This document shows positions 60,220 to 64,000 of a stretch of 64,000 bases of DNA, in pieces. This stretch comes from an uncultured Solirubrobacteraceae bacterium. Lineage in GTDB: Bacteria > Actinomycetota > Thermoleophilia > Solirubrobacterales > Solirubrobacteraceae. The notes under the pieces were generated by a model. It had not been told where the DNA came from. It ran no database searches and was given only the letters and a program-made list of their open reading frames with translations. The DNA lies in contig CAWAFT010000002.1 in the NCBI GenBank assembly GCA_963781415.1, forward strand, positions 948,129 through 1,012,128, written 5' to 3'. Position 1 is the stretch's first letter. Every line of letters starts with the position of its first letter. Both the position numbers and the translations under genes were made by a program.

Positions 60220-62237
60220 CCCAGGCCGCCGCGCTCGCGGCGTTGCGGCGGCTGGCCGGGCCCGACGCCGAGCCGCGACCGCATCAGCTCGAGGCCGTCC
60301 GGGACCTGGTCGAGGACCGCGCGCGGGTGCTGTGCGTCCAGCGCACGGGATGGGGGAAGTCGGCGGTCTACTTCGTCGCGACCGCGCTGCTGCGCGAAGC
60401 CGGCGCGGGTCCGACGCTGATCGTCTCCCCGCTGCTCGCGCTGATGCGCAACCAGATCGAGGCGGCGTCCCGGCTGGGCATTCGCGCCCACACGATCAAC
60501 TCGACCAACCGCGCCGGCTGGGACGAGGTGCGCGAACTGCTCGCCGCCGACGCGGTCGACCTGCTGCTCATCTCTCCCGAGCGACTCAACAATCCGCAGT
60601 TCCGGGAGTCGATGCTTCCCCTCTTCGCCGAGCGGGTCGGCCTGCTCGTCGTCGACGAGGCGCACTGCGTGTCGGACTGGGGCCACGACTTCCGCCCGGA
60701 CTACCGCCGCATCGCCGACGTGCTCGCCCGCCTACCGGACGGCGTCGCCGTGCTCGGCACGACCGCGACCGCCAACGATCGCGTGGTCGCCGACGTGGAG
60801 CAGCAGCTCGCCCACGGGTCGAGCGAGCCGCTGCGCACCTACCGCGGCCCGCTGGCGCGCCGGTCGCTGCGGCTCGAGGTCGTCGACCTCGCCCGGCCCG
60901 CCGACCGCCTCGCCTGGCTGGCCACGCACCTCCCCGACCTGCCGGGGTCCGGCATCGTCTACACGCTCACCAAGCGCGACGCGGAAGCGGTGGCCGGATG
61001 GCTCACCAGTCGCGACATCACGGCCGAGGCCTATTCGGGGGAGATCGCCACCGAGCAGCGCGTCGAGGTCGAGGAGCGCCTGCTCGGCAACCGGGTCAAG
61101 GCTGTGGTGGCGACGAGCGCCCTGGGGATGGGCTACGACAAGCGCGACCTCGGCTGGGTCGTGCACTACCAGGCACCCGGCTCGGTCATCGCCTATTACC
61201 AGCAGGTCGGGCGCGCGGGCCGCGGCGTCGACCACGCCGAGGTCGTGTTGCTGCGCGGGGCTGAGGACCGTCGCATCCAGGACTTCTTCATCGAGCAGGC
61301 GTTCCCGCGGCGCGAGCACGTCGAGCTCGTCCTCGAAACGCTCGCCGCCTCGAGCGCGACCACACGCGAGCTGACCTCCGTCGTCAACCTCGGCACCGGC
61401 CGTCTCGACGCGATGCTGAAGGTGCTCGACGTGGAGGGCGCCGTGACCAGGGACGGCTCGCGGTGGGCGCTGGCCCCCGGCGCCGAAGAGTGGACCTATG
61501 AGGCCGACCGCTATCGGGCGGTGACCGAGCTGCGGCGGTCCGAGCAGGCGGCCATGGCCCGCCTCGGCGCCGACGGTCGCTGTCTGATGCGCGCCCTGCA
61601 GGAGGAGCTCGACGATCCCGAACCCGCCGACTGCGGGCGCTGCGCGGTCTGCACCGAGCCGAGGTTCGCCGGACCGCTCGACGAAGCGCTGGTGCGCGCC
61701 GCCGCCCTGCACCTGCGCGCCCAGCCGTTGCCGATCGAGGTCAAGAAGATGGCGCCGGACGCCGAGGGCAAGATGCGCAAGATTCCCGAAGACGCGCAGG
61801 CCTCGGAGGGCAGAGCGTTGGCGCGCTTCGGAGACGGCGGCTGGGACCCGGTCGCCCAGCGCGACCCGCTCGACGACGAGCTGCTCGACGCGACCGCCGA
61901 GCTCGTGCGCACCTGGGGCGTCCGTGTGGAATGGGTGGCCGCGGTCCCGCCGCACGCCGAGCTCGGCCGCCGCATCGCCGCTCGCCTCGGCCTGCCCTTC
62001 GCCGACGTGCTCGCTCGCGTCGAGCCGCGGCCGCCGCAACGCGAGATGGCCAACGCCGCAACGCAGGCAGCGAACGTCCGCGGGGCGTTCGCGGTCACGG
62101 GTGAGGTCCCGGCCTCGGCCGGACTGCTCGTCGACGACACCAGGCAGAGCGGCTGGACGCTGGCGATGGTGGCGGGACAGCTCAGGCGCCGCGGCGCCGC
62201 CGCGGTCCACCCGCTGGTGCTGCGCTCCTCCTACTGA
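60216..62237 (+). CDS. RecQ-family superfamily-2 DNA helicase fused to a ComF-like phosphoribosyltransferase-type C-terminal domain
   Basis: The helicase motifs are [31 protein letters not shown] and [11 protein letters not shown]. The C-terminus is [10 protein letters not shown]...[25 protein letters not shown]. The start is uncertain: TTG 60216 versus ATG 60144, which would overlap the small ORF. Confidence 0.8.
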   Translation: MTQAAALAALRRLAGPDAEPRPHQLEAVRDLVEDRARVLCVQRTGWGKSAVYFVATALLREAGAGPTLIVSPLLALMRNQIEAASRLGIRAHTINSTNRAGWDEVRELLAADAVDLLLISPERLNNPQFRESMLPLFAERVGLLVVDEAHCVSDWGHDFRPDYRRIADVLARLPDGVAVLGTTATANDRVVADVEQQLAHGSSEPLRTYRGPLARRSLRLEVVDLARPADRLAWLATHLPDLPGSGIVYTLTKRDAEAVAGWLTSRDITAEAYSGEIATEQRVEVEERLLGNRVKAVVATSALGMGYDKRDLGWVVHYQAPGSVIAYYQQVGRAGRGVDHAEVVLLRGAEDRRIQDFFIEQAFPRREHVELVLETLAASSATTRELTSVVNLGTGRLDAMLKVLDVEGAVTRDGSRWALAPGAEEWTYEADRYRAVTELRRSEQAAMARLGADGRCLMRALQEELDDPEPADCGRCAVCTEPRFAGPLDEALVRAAALHLRAQPLPIEVKKMAPDAEGKMRKIPEDAQASEGRALARFGDGGWDPVAQRDPLDDELLDATAELVRTWGVRVEWVAAVPPHAELGRRIAARLGLPFADVLARVEPRPPQREMANAATQAANVRGAFAVTGEVPASAGLLVDDTRQSGWTLAMVAGQLRRRGAAAVHPLVLRSSY

Positions 62238-62464
62238 TTGGCGAGGCGCTTGAGGGCGTCGTCGACCTCGGACCGCGCTGAGCCGGGCCCGCCGGCCACG
62301 TTCTCCTGCTGGATCTCGAGGTAGACCTCCTTGCGGAAGACGGGGATGTCGCGCGGTGCCTGGATACCCACGCGCACCTTCTCCCCCATGATCGACAGCA
62401 CCGAGATCTCGATGTCGTCACCGATCATGATGCTCTGATTGGACTTCCGTGTAAGAACCAGCAT
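62231..62464 (-). CDS. csrA: Carbon storage regulator CsrA (RNA-binding translational regulator)
   Basis: The sequence [55 protein letters not shown] matches the CsrA family along its whole core. A GGAGA motif lies 6 nt upstream of the ATG. Confidence 0.95.
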   Translation of the reverse strand: MLVLTRKSNQSIMIGDDIEISVLSIMGEKVRVGIQAPRDIPVFRKEVYLEIQQENVAGGPGSARSEVDDALKRLANQ

Positions 62465-62595
62465 CGCCGTCTCCTGCCCCCTTGCCTTGACGCCGCCGGA
62501 TAATCCGTACCCCGCCGCGAAGGCTTAGCAAACGTTGGCGCGAGCATACCCCTGGCGGCAGCCGAACGCCCACTCATTGGTACCGTTGCGCACCG

Positions 62596-63153
62596 ATGAC
62601 GCGCAAATCGCTACGACCCCATCTCAATCAGATCCGCACCTGGGTGCGCCAGGGCCGCACCGACGCGTGGATCGCCCATCAGCTCGAGGTGACGGTCCAG
62701 CAGATCGGCGCCTTCAAGCGTGAGCAGGAACTTGCCGCCGACGGCGAGGCCCCGACCGACGAGGTCGACCTCCGCGCAGAGGACGACGCAGCCATCGCCG
62801 CCGAGCTCGAAGCCGAGGCCGCACGCCGCGCCGAGGAGGAGGCCGAGGCCGCCCGCAAGGCCGAGGAGGAGGCCGCCGCCCGCGCCGCAGCCGGCGAGGA
62901 CGAGGACGCCCCCGCCGACGAGGCCCCCAAGCCCAAGCGCCGCGCCCGTCGAGGTGGACGCCGTCGCAAGGGCGGCGACCAGCCCTTCGAGGGGACCTTC
63001 GATCACGGCGAGGAGGGCTACGGACTGTGGCTCGACCCGGGCGTCGAAGACGACCCGATCTACGCCGAGCACTGGGCCGGTCACCGCGCCGTCGAGGTCA
63101 CCATCGAGGAAGACCAGATCGTGATCAAGCGCGTGGGCGGCGCCGAGAGCTGA
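62596..63153 (+). CDS. Hypothetical protein: N-terminal HTH-like segment, acidic Glu/Ala-rich linker, basic patch, conserved-looking C-terminal domain
   Basis: The 185-aa product has coding-like composition. The N-terminus is LNQIRTWVRQGRTDAWIAHQLEVTVQQIGAFKRE. It contains a 30-nt tandem duplication (62830-62889) encoding AEEEAEAARK/AEEEAAARAA. I recognise no family. Confidence 0.5.
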   Translation: MTRKSLRPHLNQIRTWVRQGRTDAWIAHQLEVTVQQIGAFKREQELAADGEAPTDEVDLRAEDDAAIAAELEAEAARRAEEEAEAARKAEEEAAARAAAGEDEDAPADEAPKPKRRARRGGRRRKGGDQPFEGTFDHGEEGYGLWLDPGVEDDPIYAEHWAGHRAVEVTIEEDQIVIKRVGGAES

Positions 63154-63160
63154 CGGGTCG

Positions 63161-63481
63161 TCAGCGCGTGAGCCTGCGGCCGCCGGCGTAGTCGGTCGCC
63201 TCGCGCAGGTAGCGCGCGAACGCCGCGTCGCCCACGATCCGGACGTCCCAGACCTCCGGGTGCTCCGGTGCGACAGCAGCGGCGACGTCGGTGACCCAGT
63301 AGGTGCCCGCGTCGTAGAGCTCCGCCAGCTCGTCCGTCGTGAACGCTCCGCCGAGGCGGCGCCTCAGCTCCTTGACGACGCGATCCGTCACGTCGTAGAG
63401 AAGGCGGCGCCGGTCTGGCGGGGCTTCGTCGAGGCGGCGGATGCCTTCCTCCCACTGCGGCAGAGCGGTGTCGAACGGCAC
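63161..63481 (-). CDS. Hypothetical protein (106 aa)
   Basis: Start is GTG 63481 (VPFDTALPQWEEGIRRLDEAPPDRRRLLYDV...). This is the C-terminal part of the listed 63161..63976 ORF, whose upstream part overlaps ftsB in another frame. Confidence 0.45.
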   Translation of the reverse strand: MPFDTALPQWEEGIRRLDEAPPDRRRLLYDVTDRVVKELRRRLGGAFTTDELAELYDAGTYWVTDVAAAVAPEHPEVWDVRIVGDAAFARYLREATDYAGGRRLTR

Positions 63482-63515
63482 GCAGCGCGAGGCTAGTACC
63501 GAAGTGCGACGCTCG

Positions 63516-63803
63516 TCAGTCCGGCGGGAGACCGGTGACCACGTAGGCCTTCTCGGCCGCGCGGACCATCCCCAGCTCGCGAGCGATGCGCTCGAGGGTC
63601 TCCGGCTTGCGCAGCTCGTCGCGGCGCGCCACGAGGCGCTTGTTCTCCTGCTTGAGCTCGGCCAGAGCGGCCCGGCGCTGCTTCGACTCGTGGTAGGTCG
63701 AGATCCAGGCCGAGGTCGGACCGATGTAGAGGTAGAGCACCAGAGCCGCGACGCACAGCAAGGCGATGCGCCCGACCCGATCCCAGCGGATGCGACTTGC
63801 CAT
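63516..63803 (-). CDS. ftsB: Septum formation initiator family protein (FtsB/DivIC-like)
   Basis: It has a short cytoplasmic N-terminus, a TM segment (IALLCVAALVLYLYIG) and a coiled coil (RRAALAELKQENKRLVARRDELR). The position directly downstream of eno is typical of actinobacteria. Start is set at MASRIRW. Confidence 0.75.
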   Translation of the reverse strand: MASRIRWDRVGRIALLCVAALVLYLYIGPTSAWISTYHESKQRRAALAELKQENKRLVARRDELRKPETLERIARELGMVRAAEKAYVVTGLPPD

Positions 63804-63866
63804 CGCCCCCGCGTTTCGCCACCCCCGCCCCGACTCCTTTCGCACGCAGGGCGTGCAAGGGATGAG

Positions 63867-64000
<134 letters not shown>

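Noticed and set aside
60732-62210. 492-aa ORF on the minus strand
   Set aside because: It is antisense to the RecQ-like helicase, which has all helicase motifs. The ORF has no motifs of its own.

Overview
High-GC chromosomal window (hand-counted 60-nt lines are about 73% GC in core regions), most likely from an Actinomycetota-type Gram-positive genome. This lineage call is an inference from the six-gene mce operon, the eno-ftsB neighbourhood, the type II NADH dehydrogenase and the many ATGA/GTGA-coupled genes. I support about 60 protein genes, two tRNAs, one decayed IS3-family element and a few hairpin or repeat elements.

Content falls into three groups:
- Secreted envelope, glycan or peptide-processing enzymes: a PIG-L deacetylase multidomain protein, an M14 carboxypeptidase, two paralogous beta-helix proteins, a beta-lactamase-fold hydrolase and a collagen/C1q-like protein. 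Several of these share a very basic Ig-like C-terminal module.
- Housekeeping and metabolic genes: ABC-F, ndh, ppx, fbaB, eno, selD, ohr, a RecQ-like helicase and csrA.
- A six-gene mce operon with no adjacent yrbE permease genes.

The only clearly accessory segment is about 20.3-23.9 kb. It holds a truncated, frameshifted IS3 transposase and a lower-GC gene for an unusual S1 protease, abutting the 3' end of the initiator tRNA-fMet.

I found no CRISPR array, no recognisable defence or toxin-antitoxin system, and no biosynthetic cluster.

The most noteworthy observations are:
- a canonical-looking class-I tRNA whose anticodon reads UAA
- a sigma/anti-sigma single-polypeptide fusion
- a catalytically dead rhomboid homologue
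- a gene fusion/fission between the two beta-helix loci
- a frameshifted GMC oxidoreductase
- a palindromic repeat pair bracketing the collagen-like gene
- a tightly coupled six-gene operon of unknown substrate

Many long ORFs in the six-frame track are antisense or fusion artefacts of the high GC content and were rejected.
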